Source of the DNA: Syntrophomonadaceae bacterium | Lineage (GTDB): Bacteria; Bacillota; Syntrophomonadia; Syntrophomonadales; DTU052 | Reading direction: 5' to 3' | Assembly: GCA_012728655.1 (NCBI GenBank) | Contig: JAAYEQ010000009.1 | Coordinates: 431 to 64,430 of the forward strand | Length of the DNA: 64,000 nt | In this document: positions 7,814 through 17,931 of the stretch, piece by piece | Numbering within the stretch: the stretch's first letter is position 1 | How the letters are laid out: every line of letters starts with the position of its first letter | Made by a program: the position numbers and the translations under genes | Notes under the pieces: model-generated | Seen by the model: the letters and a program-made list of their open reading frames with translations, nothing else | Told to the model about the DNA's origin: nothing | Database searches by the model: none

Positions 7814-9346
7814 CTATTCCTGGTTGCCGCTTGTAAGCTGCTGCGCCATTTGACCCAGGTCTTCGGCGGCGGCTTGCAGTGTTTTTATCATCGTAATGAT
7901 GGTCTCGACCGCATCGTTCTGCTGACTTACCAGCGCGGTTATCTCCTGGGAAGCGTTTGCCGATTCCGCGGTAAAGTTGAAGATGTTTTCCATCTCCCTT
8001 ACCACCATTTCAGTAGAGGTAAGGAACTCCTGAAATACGCTGGACACTTCCTGGAGTGCAGCATCAATGTTGCCCGCCCCCTGTTCCACCTGAGCAAACA
8101 TATCCTGCACTTCGGTCAAGACCTCCCGCTGCTCCAGAGCAATCTTATTTAATTCATCCATGCTTTCAACTGTTTTGGTTATATCATTGTGGATTTCGTT
8201 AATGAGATTGGATATCTGATGGGTTGCCTGTCCGGATTCCTCAGCCAGCTTGCGAACTTCGTCTGCCACCACCGCAAACCCGCGACCGGCTTCGCCGGCA
8301 CGAGCAGCTTCTATAGCCGCATTCAACGCCAGGAGGTTGGTCTGGGATGCGATGTTTTCGATCAACCTGACAATATCAACGATCTGGTTTGAACGGTGGT
8401 TTAAGAGGTTGACGGCACTGGTTACAAGTTTTTGGGCTTCATGGCTTGCATCCATGTACCGTTCTTGTTTCTGCATAGAGTTAAGTCCTTTGTGGACAAT
8501 CCCTTTGAAGGCAAGGGACTGCTCGCTTACAACCTTCATGCCTTTTTCGGCCGTATCCAGTGCCCCCGCCATCTCCTTTACCGCCACGGACGCTCTGTCC
8601 GCGTGGGAAGCCTCCTCTTTGGCCACATTGGCCATATGATCCACGCGAACGCTTACCCGCTTGGCCGCCTGTCCGGTTTCACTGGCCAAATCCAGCAACT
8701 GCGAGGATGAAGCATGTAACTGGTTGGACTTGGCAGCAACGGTCTCCGCTGCTTTCCTAAGGTTATCCGACAAGGTATACGCTTTGCTTTCATTGGCGAT
8801 CGATTTCTGCAACAAACCTCTGGCAATACCGGCAGCAGCGCCGCTGGCTATAGCCACCCAGAGGAAGCATAGATAACGAACCCCTAAAGTAGTACCGATA
8901 TTACCAACCGGTATTGTCTCCGGATACATAACAATATAGATTGTATGCAGTATCATGACCAATGCCGAGGAAAATACGGTCACTCCCACATCGAAGTAAA
9001 ATATGCTGAGTACCATAACCATGTAGAAGTCGGCAAACAACTCCTTGGAACCGGTCATGGTGCAGTTAAAAATAAACATTATCATCCCGATCATAAAGAC
9101 AGTAAGGTAACAGCTTATTTTATGGGTCCCATACTTCTGAACCAGCAGATACGATAATCCCAGTATACCCAAGGCTAGGGCTATCACCCTGATAATTAAG
9201 CCCCAACTCAGCTTCTCAGAGCCGGTACCTGAAAGAAAGATGGCAATGGTGGCCAGACTTGCCAGTACCACGATAATCGTGATTGCAATCAGCAGACGGC
9301 GGTGGCTGGCCCTCATGTTATCCAACAACAGTTGATTACCTTCCAT
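7814..9346 (-). CDS. methyl-accepting chemotaxis protein with a polytopic membrane N-terminal domain
   Basis: MCP signalling domain [40 protein letters not shown]. About 5-6 predicted TM helices at the N-terminus. Start moved to ATG 9346 (SD GAGGGGG 7 nt upstream); the ORF-track start at 9403 lacks an SD. Confidence 0.85.
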   Translation of the reverse strand: MEGNQLLLDNMRASHRRLLIAITIIVVLASLATIAIFLSGTGSEKLSWGLIIRVIALALGILGLSYLLVQKYGTHKISCYLTVFMIGMIMFIFNCTMTGSKELFADFYMVMVLSIFYFDVGVTVFSSALVMILHTIYIVMYPETIPVGNIGTTLGVRYLCFLWVAIASGAAAGIARGLLQKSIANESKAYTLSDNLRKAAETVAAKSNQLHASSSQLLDLASETGQAAKRVSVRVDHMANVAKEEASHADRASVAVKEMAGALDTAEKGMKVVSEQSLAFKGIVHKGLNSMQKQERYMDASHEAQKLVTSAVNLLNHRSNQIVDIVRLIENIASQTNLLALNAAIEAARAGEAGRGFAVVADEVRKLAEESGQATHQISNLINEIHNDITKTVESMDELNKIALEQREVLTEVQDMFAQVEQGAGNIDAALQEVSSVFQEFLTSTEMVVREMENIFNFTAESANASQEITALVSQQNDAVETIITMIKTLQAAAEDLGQMAQQLTSGNQE

Positions 9347-9656
9347 CTTCGTACCCCCTCTGACCCCTTTTACCCTGTGCTTACCAATAATGCATTTCCT
9401 CACATGTACATTAATAACTTATTTTTCTACATAAAGGTTAAATATTCCTTTAATATTTGGATATATCGCCCGGAGTTAACCGTCGCCTGCTGTCCGAAAG
9501 ACTCTGTACTTTATTAACTTATTTGATTTCTTCGAATATTTTCTCCATTGTCTTCCCATTCACAGTTCGGACTCTCTATCAAAAAATTCGATTCATAAGA
9601 AATCGCTTATCGTGACAAACTGATGAATGACATCCTGGTGGACGGAGGTTTTTCAT

Positions 9657-9980
9657 ATGACTGATTTTACGGTCAGCGACCCCGGAAGTCTGAAAACCAA
9701 AAAAATGATCTACTGGGTTCTGGGTATTTTGGAGGTATTGCTGGCATTTCGCTTGGTGCTTAAACTCCTGGGGGCCAATACCGCCAGCCCCTTCGTCGCC
9801 TTTGTCTATTCGGTTTCTCAGGCATTTATTGTTCCATTTATCGGGGTTTTCCGCGCTCCTGCGGCTCCAGGGATAGAGACCCAGTCGGTTTTGGAACCGT
9901 CTACCCTTATCGCTATGATTGTCTATGCCTTGATCGCCATGGGTATAATAAAACTGATTGATATCTACCGACTTACCTGA
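9657..9980 (+). CDS. YggT family membrane protein
   Basis: YggT-like ILEVLLAFRLVLKLLGAN...FIVPFIGVF with two TM segments. ATG 9657 is preceded by GGAGG. Confidence 0.65.
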   Translation: MTDFTVSDPGSLKTKKMIYWVLGILEVLLAFRLVLKLLGANTASPFVAFVYSVSQAFIVPFIGVFRAPAAPGIETQSVLEPSTLIAMIVYALIAMGIIKLIDIYRLT

Positions 9981-10222
9981 TTAGCCTTCCCTTCCTGCTA
10001 TCATCAGGTCATGACCGTCCGGCCATTTCATGCCTTCTCCTAATGCCTGCAGTCAAACGGTTACGGTTTTGTGAACCGGCTTTTTTCCAACCTGTACCTT
10101 TTTGTCGATAATGCTAATATAATGGATGACATTGTAGTAAGCATCGGTTATTCTATAGTTATAGGAATATTTGCCCTTCAGTTATAATTTCCCATAATCA
10201 TATTACATGGCGGGGGTAGAGC

Positions 10223-11521
10223 ATGAATCCAGTAAGATTCACGTTTAAACTGGACGATCTGGTGGAGTGCATTTTTTTTGCTTTGCGGCTTATAAGTCCG
10301 GCTATCGCCCGTCATCATGATCAGGTGGCGTACATCAGTCAGCGCCTCTGCGAGAAGTTGGGTTTCGACGAGGAAGACACATTATGGATCACGCTGTCCG
10401 CCGCCCTGCATGACATTGGCGCGGTATCCCTGGAAGAAAGCATATCCGACCTGCGGTTTGAAAACGAGTATATCCACGACCATTCCCTGGTGGGAGCGAT
10501 CTTCCTTGAACACTTTGTTCCCCTGAACAAGATCGCCCCCATAATAAAGCACCACCATCAATACTGGCAACCGATAGGAGGCATGGCTGTCCCGCAAGAA
10601 GAGGTGCCTGCATGCAGTCACATCATCCACCTGGCAGACCGGGCTGCCTTAATGATCGATGAACTGGATGAAGTCCTGTCTCAGCGCCACCGGATTATCG
10701 ATTATGTGAAGACTCACCGGGGGACTATGTTTCATCCTGAGTATGTTGACGCCTTTCTTGAAATTGCCGGTCCGGAATACTTCTGGCTCGATATCGTTTC
10801 CGGGTCAACAGAGGGTGTAGGCGAACGCCTTTTTAAGCTCAGGAATGTGGTGCTGTTTGAAGAAGAGGTGCTCAGTTGGACCAAATTCTTGTCACGGATA
10901 GTCGACTTCAGAAGTCCTCTTAATGCCCAACACTCCAGCGGAGTAGCATCTTCGGCAGCAGCCCTGGCCAGAATCGCCCGCTTCTCCGAACAGGAATGCC
11001 AGATGATACTAATGGCCGGTTATGTGCACGATCTGGGGAAATTGGCAATTCCCACCGCAATATTGGAAAAGAGCGGCCCGCTCGACGAGTATGAACGCGC
11101 TGTAATCAAAGGGCACAGCTATTATACATACCGTATCCTGCAGCATATTAAGGAATTCGGACCCCTGGTGCAATGGGCCGCTTTTCACCACGAGCGCCTT
11201 GACGGCAAAGGTTACCCCTTCAGAATTCCGGAGTCCTATCTTCCCCTCGGAGCTCAGATCATGGCGGTGGCGGATATCTTTACCGCACTGCACGAGGAAA
11301 GGACCTATCGCGCGGCAATGGGAAGGAAGGAAAGCCTGGATATCATGTATCAAATGGTCAAAGAACGCGCCATTAACGGGGATTTGGTTCAACTGCTGGA
11401 GCAAAACTACGATGAGATCAATCATTGGCGCCAGGTAAGTCAAAAGCAATCCATGGAAGAGTATGCGGTTATGAATCCCCTCTTCGTCCGCAAGATCGAG
11501 CGGGGACTGGGAGGGCGTTAA
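10223..11521 (+). CDS. HD-GYP domain protein (c-di-GMP phosphodiesterase type) with an additional N-terminal HD-like domain
   Basis: C-terminal HDLGKLAIP ... HHERLDGKGYP. The N-terminal half has HHDQVAY...LHDIG...HHHQYW. Confidence 0.85.
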   Translation: MNPVRFTFKLDDLVECIFFALRLISPAIARHHDQVAYISQRLCEKLGFDEEDTLWITLSAALHDIGAVSLEESISDLRFENEYIHDHSLVGAIFLEHFVPLNKIAPIIKHHHQYWQPIGGMAVPQEEVPACSHIIHLADRAALMIDELDEVLSQRHRIIDYVKTHRGTMFHPEYVDAFLEIAGPEYFWLDIVSGSTEGVGERLFKLRNVVLFEEEVLSWTKFLSRIVDFRSPLNAQHSSGVASSAAALARIARFSEQECQMILMAGYVHDLGKLAIPTAILEKSGPLDEYERAVIKGHSYYTYRILQHIKEFGPLVQWAAFHHERLDGKGYPFRIPESYLPLGAQIMAVADIFTALHEERTYRAAMGRKESLDIMYQMVKERAINGDLVQLLEQNYDEINHWRQVSQKQSMEEYAVMNPLFVRKIERGLGGR

Positions 11522-11910
11522 CCCTCCACAATCTTCTTATCCACGCCCAGAATGTGATTTTCAATCCAGGCCACCACAAATTCGAGGGTCTCGATAAGGT
11601 ACTGTTCCTGATTTTCGTCGATTTGTCTAAGATCGGTTTCATTTATCCGCTGGATGAAATCATCGTGCTGAACCTTGTGCGATAAAAACTTCCTGTATCC
11701 GATGCTTTTCATGTAATCTTCTTCATAGGTAAAGTGATACACCGTGTAATCCTTGAGTTCGTTGAAGATATCAACTATTTGGTCGTATTTATCCACCAAC
11801 AAATCGTTCTTGAGTACCTCATAGGCTCGGTTCGCGATGGCAAAGAGCTTTTTGTGTTGAGCGTCGATTTCGGGGACCCCGAGTGCAAACTCGTCTCTCC
11901 AGGTTATCAT
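11518..11910 (-). CDS. bacteriohemerythrin (hemerythrin-like metal-binding protein)
   Basis: MITWRDEFALGVPEIDAQHKKLF..., YHFTYEE, HKVQHDDF and WIENHILGVD are His/Glu/Asp iron ligand motifs. ATG 11910 has SD GGAGGA; the ORF-track start at 11928 is possible. Confidence 0.85.
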   Translation of the reverse strand: MITWRDEFALGVPEIDAQHKKLFAIANRAYEVLKNDLLVDKYDQIVDIFNELKDYTVYHFTYEEDYMKSIGYRKFLSHKVQHDDFIQRINETDLRQIDENQEQYLIETLEFVVAWIENHILGVDKKIVEG

Positions 11911-12172
11911 ATGTAATAATTCCTCCATTTCCTGACATCGTATTTATTTTTTATTGAATATTCTACGGCTTTCCCTTATTTCCTCCCGATTCAAACATGA
12001 TGTTATTTCATGTAAGGTTATCACTTATTTTCCGGTGGGAGTGATGTAACCCGCCGGTCGTCAACTTTTTTGTGAGTCAACGACAAGTTACCTATACCCA
12101 TAAACACAGTTGGACGGTTTGTTTGTGCCGTACCGCACAGCCAAACCGTCCCTGTGCGCGCGTTCCTGTCAG

Positions 12173-13327
12173 TTATTTCCGGGCTTCGCGTTTAAGGATA
12201 TTTGCGATGTCTTCGGTCAAGGCTTCGATGGAGCCGCCGCCTATAGCCAGAACCTTGGCATCCCGCCAGAACCGCTCGAGCCCGGTGTCGACGATTGTCC
12301 CAAGGCCGCCGTGAATCTGTATGGCCTCATTGGCTACGTATTCGGCCACCCGGTAGCCCTTAATCTTCAGGGCCCGTCCTTCACCCAGTATCATCTGCCC
12401 GGAATCCCTCTTGGCGATGGCGGTGTATACCATACCGCGCAGTGCTTCAATTTCGATCCACATGTTCACCAGCTTATGGCGAACTACCTCGTACTTGTCG
12501 TACATCGATTTTCCACCCTGCATACGTTCGTGAGCGTACTGGAAGGCCTTTTCATAGCAGGCCTCCGCCATTCCCAGGGCCATCGGTCCGCAGATCATGA
12601 ACTCGTCAGTGGCGCTGAAGTAGAAAGGCAGCATTGTTTTTCCTTCCGGCCCCAGCATGTTCTCCTTGGGCACCCGTACATTCCTCAGGTAAACGGTTCC
12701 GGTGCTGGACCCGTTCCACCCCAACTTGTTTTCCGGTTTGCCCAATTCCAGGCCGGGGGCGTCTTTGGGGACCAGGAAGAGGCTGTGAGCCGCTTTGGGT
12801 GCATCAGGAGGCGAGGTTACCGCCACCACGATATAAATGTCTGCATAATGTATATTGGTGATGAACAGCTTGGTACCATTTATTACCCACTCATCACCGT
12901 CCAATACCGCCCGGGTAGTGAACTCACCGTAATTTGCACCTCCCGCAGCTTCGGTACCGGCCATGGCCAGGATGATCTCACCTTTGGCGGCGGGAGCTAG
13001 GTATTTCAGCTTTTGTTCGTGAGATCCCAATACATTCAAGATCCCGCCGGCCAAAACCGAGTGTGCTCCCATAACTACTGCCAGTGTAGGGGACACCTTG
13101 GAAATCTCTTCGGTTACCAGAGCCAGAGTTGTCCAGTCTCCGCCCAGCCCTCCATACTCTTCCGGGAAAGTAATCCCCAGAAATCCGAGTTCGCCCGCTC
13201 GTTTTAAGAGCCGCAATGGAAACTCGTCTTTCTTGTCCAGTTCCAGGGCTACCGGTTTGACCTCCTGCTCCACAAATTCGCGGGCAACATTCCTCATCAG
13301 TTCACGTTCTTCAGTCAAATACCACAC
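12173..13327 (-). CDS. acyl-CoA dehydrogenase family protein (lacks the canonical C-terminal catalytic Glu)
   Basis: ACAD fold motifs: FPEEYGGLG, TEAAGGANYG, INGTKLFITN and IQIHGGLG...RFWRDAKVLAIGGGS. GTG 13327 is spaced 7 nt from GGGGAGGG, whereas the GTG at 13333 is too close to the SD. Confidence 0.9.
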   Translation of the reverse strand: MWYLTEERELMRNVAREFVEQEVKPVALELDKKDEFPLRLLKRAGELGFLGITFPEEYGGLGGDWTTLALVTEEISKVSPTLAVVMGAHSVLAGGILNVLGSHEQKLKYLAPAAKGEIILAMAGTEAAGGANYGEFTTRAVLDGDEWVINGTKLFITNIHYADIYIVVAVTSPPDAPKAAHSLFLVPKDAPGLELGKPENKLGWNGSSTGTVYLRNVRVPKENMLGPEGKTMLPFYFSATDEFMICGPMALGMAEACYEKAFQYAHERMQGGKSMYDKYEVVRHKLVNMWIEIEALRGMVYTAIAKRDSGQMILGEGRALKIKGYRVAEYVANEAIQIHGGLGTIVDTGLERFWRDAKVLAIGGGSIEALTEDIANILKREARK

Positions 13328-13697
13328 TGTCACGCCCTCCCCTTCGAGATAATTTTGCAGACAATATGATACGCTGTTATCAAGCGTTCCAGGTGCTTCC
13401 CCGTAACGCTCTCAACCCCCGATTCAACGGAGATTCCTGCGTACCAAAATCCATAGGAAGTGCACCGATACGGTACTTTTGAAACAGAGATGCCCCTCCA
13501 GCAACGCCCTGGCATCCTGCTCCGGCCGGCTGCCGACACGGCTTTATTGAAACAGATACGCCGGTTCGAATAGCTGTGCCGATCCGATTTCCATTCACAA
13601 CAGTTAACATAATATATCTTATGTCATCATCTTTAATGCCGGGCTGCGCGGTCTCAGACCCTAAACCGCATACAACCTTCCGGTGACACCACGCAGC

Positions 13698-13991
13698 TTA
13701 ACCGTAGCGGAGGCTCAGGCCGAAGGTGCCCCGGGGATACTCCCACTTTACTATCCCCTTGTTTTTGCACATTACCCTGCAGGTGCCGCATTCCAGGCAG
13801 CCTGCGTAATCGAACGATATCTCCCCGTTCTTATCCAACTTGTACAGTACAGCCGGACAAACGTACAGACAGGGTTTGTCGGTGCACTGGCGGCAGATGT
13901 CTTTGTTCAGTACAATATGAGGTTCTTCCTCATCGACATTGAACTTGTTCAGGCTCAGGAGTTGGGCTGCTTCCGCTCTTTCAATCTTCAT
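13698..13991 (-). CDS. fixX: FixX-type ferredoxin-like protein
   Basis: ICRQCTDKPCLYVCPA ... CLECGTCRVMC. About 97 aa. Overlaps the fixC stop by 4 nt. Confidence 0.85.
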   Translation of the reverse strand: MKIERAEAAQLLSLNKFNVDEEEPHIVLNKDICRQCTDKPCLYVCPAVLYKLDKNGEISFDYAGCLECGTCRVMCKNKGIVKWEYPRGTFGLSLRYG

Positions 13992-15280
13992 ATTTTAACC
14001 CCCTTAAAGCCCAGCTTTATTACATCCCAGACCGAGATACCGTGGGCCTTCATCTGCTCCCGTATACCCCTGCTAAGCTTGGCAGGCGGTTGGGCATCGA
14101 CGGAATACAGGTCTGCCATAACCGCAGTTGCCAAGGCCGGCATCCGGTCGTACAGCCAGCCGGTCTGCAGCACGTCAAAATACCCGTCCGTGGCCCTCAT
14201 GGTCGGCAGCAATTGAATCCGTTCCAGTTCCTGCATATACAAAGGGCCGATTTCAGCCGGGGAGCTTGCGTTTACAATGGCCCGGGCTGCAGCAATACCG
14301 CTTAATATAGCCAGGTCCATACCCCTGACCGAGTACCCGGTGTTGATCACAAAACCTGCGGCATCACCGATCATAACAAAGCCCTCACGGTATATCTGCT
14401 TGGGAATACCGCGGTATCCGGCTTCACCTACCAGATGGCCGCTGTACTCAACTGTCTCACCGCCGGCAATCAGGGGATAAACGGCAGGATGCATTTTCAG
14501 GTCCTGGAATATCTCCTGAATCGACTTCTTATGCCGGGCCACCTCCCCGGGCATGAAAACACAGCCCAGAGAGATGCTCTCCTTGTTGGTGTACAGAAAG
14601 CCCCCGCCGTGGATGCCCTCCGTACAGCCCAGTATCATGCACGCGACCCCCTCTTCGGGATTGGTCAGGCGGAAACGCTCTTCTATGGTTGAAGCCGGGA
14701 GTTCAATGACCTCCTTTACCCCCACCCCGACGGTGTTGAAGTCGATTTCGCCGATTAATCCTGCTTTCTGGGCCAAGAGGGAATTAACCCCGTCGGCGGC
14801 TACAACCACATCCGCATACATCTCATCCTCTCCGGCAATGACCCCGGTTATTTTTCCGTCCTTTTCGATGAGCCCGTCCACTCGAATGCCGCAGGCAACC
14901 ATTGCTCCCATTTCTTCCGCCTTACCTGCCAGCCACTCATCGAAGGGGGCACGCAATACCGTGTACGACATCGGGGGATGGCCGTCCCGGTTGAAGGATG
15001 GGTCGTGGAAATCTATGGTGATTGCTCGCTGCCCCCCCAGGAGCATAACCTGTTCCCGGGTAACCTTTCTTTCCAGGGCCGCTTCCTCGGAAAGCCCTTG
15101 ATCGAGCATTTCCAAGGCATAGGTGTAAATCCGTCCCCCGGTAACGTTCTTGCTTCCCGGGGTGTCTCCGCGCTCGATCACCAGCACTTCTTTGCCTTCG
15201 CGTGCCAAGGTGTAGGCACAGGCTGCGCCCGCCGGTCCGGCTCCGACTATTATGGCATCAAATTTTTCAGACTCGCTCAT
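13988..15280 (-). CDS. fixC: FixC-type FAD-dependent oxidoreductase (ETF-quinone oxidoreductase-like)
   Basis: FDAIIVGAGPAGAACAY dinucleotide-binding motif. About 430 aa. Sits between etfA and fixX. Confidence 0.9.
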   Translation of the reverse strand: MSESEKFDAIIVGAGPAGAACAYTLAREGKEVLVIERGDTPGSKNVTGGRIYTYALEMLDQGLSEEAALERKVTREQVMLLGGQRAITIDFHDPSFNRDGHPPMSYTVLRAPFDEWLAGKAEEMGAMVACGIRVDGLIEKDGKITGVIAGEDEMYADVVVAADGVNSLLAQKAGLIGEIDFNTVGVGVKEVIELPASTIEERFRLTNPEEGVACMILGCTEGIHGGGFLYTNKESISLGCVFMPGEVARHKKSIQEIFQDLKMHPAVYPLIAGGETVEYSGHLVGEAGYRGIPKQIYREGFVMIGDAAGFVINTGYSVRGMDLAILSGIAAARAIVNASSPAEIGPLYMQELERIQLLPTMRATDGYFDVLQTGWLYDRMPALATAVMADLYSVDAQPPAKLSRGIREQMKAHGISVWDVIKLGFKGVKI

Positions 15281-15336
15281 TTGTCAACCCTCCCTTGCGG
15301 CACCAATATGCCGCATCTTATATGTTGCTTGACGCC

Positions 15337-16242
15337 CTATTTCTTCAGTTCCTCAATCAGGAGGGGCACTACTTCATAGAGGTCGCCTACAATTCCGTAG
15401 TCACAGGTTTTGAATATGGGTGCCTTCTCATTGTTGTTCACGGCCACAATCACCTTGGAGTCCCTAATTCCGATGGTGTGCTGCACCTGTCCGGAGATCC
15501 CGATTGACACGCAGAGCTGCGGCTTAATCACCGCACCTGATATCCCGATATACTGCTCGGGAGGCAGCCAGTGTTTTTCCTCGGCGATACCGCGGGTACA
15601 GCCGATCTCGGCATTCAACACGGCAGCCAGGTCCCGTATCATCTGCATGTCTTCTTCCTTTTCCACTCCCATGCCGACACATACCACGCGGTCCGCCGCC
15701 TGCAGATTGACCCCCTTCCTCTCCACCGGGGCCCTTTCCACCAATTGCACCCGATTATCCGGGGTGACTGTCACCGTCTCCACTTCCGCCGATCCTTCAA
15801 TGGGAGCATACTTGCCGCCGGCCACGGTCACCACACTGAGCCCAGTCAGTTCCTCTTTCTGGGTAACGGCCCCGCCGTAGATCATCCTCTCCGTTGTCAC
15901 TTTGCCGTCACCAAAGGAAATGGCGGAAACGTCGCTCGCCATAGGGCAGTCCAGATACCCGGCCACCCGCGCGGCCAGATCCCGTCCCCGGGCGGTTGCT
16001 CCCACCAGAAACAGCTCCGCCGATTTCTCCTTCAGAAAATCGGCCACCGCCTGCGCATAATTCTCCGGCACCTCGTTGTCGCCCTGAAGTATGAAAACCC
16101 GGTCGGCTCCGGAATTCTTGACTTCTTCCGCAGCCTCCTGACTGAAAACAATAACCATGGCCTCTTTGCCCGCAGCCTTGGCACAGCCGACAAGCTCAAG
16201 GGCAATCCCGCTCTTGTCACTGTATACAAATACCCCTGCCAT
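15337..16242 (-). CDS. etfA: electron transfer flavoprotein subunit alpha
   Basis: C-terminal FAD domain PQLCVSIGISGQVQHTIGIRDSKVIVAVNNNEKAPIF. The start abuts the etfB stop. Confidence 0.9.
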   Translation of the reverse strand: MAGVFVYSDKSGIALELVGCAKAAGKEAMVIVFSQEAAEEVKNSGADRVFILQGDNEVPENYAQAVADFLKEKSAELFLVGATARGRDLAARVAGYLDCPMASDVSAISFGDGKVTTERMIYGGAVTQKEELTGLSVVTVAGGKYAPIEGSAEVETVTVTPDNRVQLVERAPVERKGVNLQAADRVVCVGMGVEKEEDMQMIRDLAAVLNAEIGCTRGIAEEKHWLPPEQYIGISGAVIKPQLCVSIGISGQVQHTIGIRDSKVIVAVNNNEKAPIFKTCDYGIVGDLYEVVPLLIEELKK

Positions 16243-17010
16243 TTACAGCACGCCCTCCTTCTTCAGATTTGACACCACTGCGGCTACTTTGGCTGCGGCA
16301 TTGTCACCTTCAATGATTATATTCCTGCGCTCCTGGGCATAGGCCTTGACCTCCATTACCTTCCGAGCGGATACCAAGTTCACTCCCAGGCTGCCGCAAT
16401 CATATTCGGTAACCGGCTTCTTGCCCGCGGCCATAACCGCCTTCAGTCCGGGTATGGTAGGCTGGAAGGCCTCCGGAAGCACGGATATGACTCCCGGCAG
16501 CTCGAATTTCACCGTTTCCAGGCAATCGTCCAGTTTCCGCACCGCGGTGACGGTATTGCCCTCAACCGTTACCCGCAGAACCGAGGTTACCACCGGCAGG
16601 TCCAGCAGGGCCCCGATCCGTGACGCCGTCTGCCGGGCGTAGGTGTCGCTGGCTCCTTCGGCACAGATCACCAGAGCAACATCCCCCATGGCCTTAATTC
16701 CGGCGGCCAAAGCCCGGGCGGTAACTGCTCCGTCCGCATTCTCCGCTTCTTCTGCCTTTACCCAGAAGGCTTCTTCCAGGCCGCGGGACAAAGCGTCCTT
16801 CAAAGACTGCCTGGCCTTGCTGCTGCCGAAGGTCAGTCCCACCGGCTTGGCACCGACGGCTTCAGCCAGTTTGACGGCCGCCTCGATGGCATTCCGGTCA
16901 TAGTCGCTGATCTTACCCTTGGCCTTGCTGAAATCAACGGACAAGTCCGAGTTGATCCGTATATCGGACTCATCCAAAACCCATTTGTAACACGCCACAA
17001 TCTTTGACAT
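16243..17010 (-). CDS. etfB: electron transfer flavoprotein subunit beta
   Basis: MSKIVACYKWVLDESDIRI...DYDRNAIEAAVKL is a typical EtfB/FixA N-terminus. SD GGAGGAG. Confidence 0.9.
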   Translation of the reverse strand: MSKIVACYKWVLDESDIRINSDLSVDFSKAKGKISDYDRNAIEAAVKLAEAVGAKPVGLTFGSSKARQSLKDALSRGLEEAFWVKAEEAENADGAVTARALAAGIKAMGDVALVICAEGASDTYARQTASRIGALLDLPVVTSVLRVTVEGNTVTAVRKLDDCLETVKFELPGVISVLPEAFQPTIPGLKAVMAAGKKPVTEYDCGSLGVNLVSARKVMEVKAYAQERRNIIIEGDNAAAKVAAVVSNLKKEGVL

Positions 17011-17063
17011 ACATCTCCTCCTAATCCTTACATTGAAATGCCGGGAATCGATCCTGTTCCCTC

Positions 17064-17900
17064 CTACTTGGTGATGGGAGCAGGTCTCTTCCTCTCCAAA
17101 ACCATCCGTACCCGGTAGCTGACCTCCTCTTCTTCGTTGTCGTGGGTACGGATGTAAAAATCGTCCGCCTCCAGCCCGGCAAAGAATCTGTCCATGGCCA
17201 AATCCATGGACATCCCCTTTTCCAGCAGCATGGCACCATAGGCATAAATCTTTTTGTAGCTCTCGGTTTGGAAGTAGGGGTCGCGTTGATCCTTGATTTG
17301 TTCACTGTTTCGGCTAAGCCCGGTCGGGACCAACCCCGGACAGAATGCATAAGCTTTGACCTTGGATTTTACCGCCTGCAGTTCAACCGCCAAAGATTCC
17401 GTGATCGAAACCACTGCATGCTTGCTCATGGCATAGGGGGCAATACCGGTATTAACCTGCAGGCCGGCATTGGATGCGGTGTTAACGACAAAGCATTCTC
17501 TGTCCTGGGCTATCATGCGGGGAACAAAGGCGAGGATACCATTTACAACCCCCATAACATTGATTTCAAAAACCGTTCTCCATTCCGCGGCCGGGATCCT
17601 CCATATAGTGCCCATGGAATGCACCCCGGCATTGTTGATGCAGTAGTCCACCCCTCCAAAGGCGGCAAAGGTCCGCTCCGCAAATTTCTCCACCGCTTCC
17701 CCGTCCCGCACATCCAGAACGGTGGTCAGGACCTCAACCCCTTTGGCCTTAAGCTCCGCCTCCACCCGGGCCAGGTTTTCCGCATCCAGATCGGCCAATG
17801 AAAGCCGTGCGCCCTTCTCCGCAAACCGGGTGGCCATACCTTTTCCCAAGCCGCTGGCGGCACCGGTAATGGTCACTACTTTACCTTTGTAATCTGCCAT
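17064..17900 (-). CDS. SDR family oxidoreductase (long C-terminal extension)
   Basis: TGAASGLGKG (TGxxxGxG), NNAG and YAMSK (YxxxK). Paralogue of the neighbouring SDR. Confidence 0.85.
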   Translation of the reverse strand: MADYKGKVVTITGAASGLGKGMATRFAEKGARLSLADLDAENLARVEAELKAKGVEVLTTVLDVRDGEAVEKFAERTFAAFGGVDYCINNAGVHSMGTIWRIPAAEWRTVFEINVMGVVNGILAFVPRMIAQDRECFVVNTASNAGLQVNTGIAPYAMSKHAVVSITESLAVELQAVKSKVKAYAFCPGLVPTGLSRNSEQIKDQRDPYFQTESYKKIYAYGAMLLEKGMSMDLAMDRFFAGLEADDFYIRTHDNEEEEVSYRVRMVLERKRPAPITK

Positions 17901-17931
17901 AGTATCCTCCCATTAAATGCTGCTTCTTGGT

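Noticed and set aside
12110-13000. 296-aa plus-strand ORF opposite the terminal ACAD. The same pattern recurs at 50260..51150 (+), 57538..58146 (-), 37959..38603 (-), 18936..19682 (+), 35218..35817 (+) and 43068..43799 (+).
   Set aside because: All are antisense to genes with clear family signatures and lack ribosome-binding sites and recognisable motifs.
13565-13582. Sigma-54-like element TCGGCACAGCTATTCGAA (minus strand) upstream of the terminal ACAD
   Set aside because: The -24 GGCAC is good, but the -12 reads TTCGA, so the conserved GC dinucleotide is missing. It lies about 230 nt from the start. It is too weak to call.
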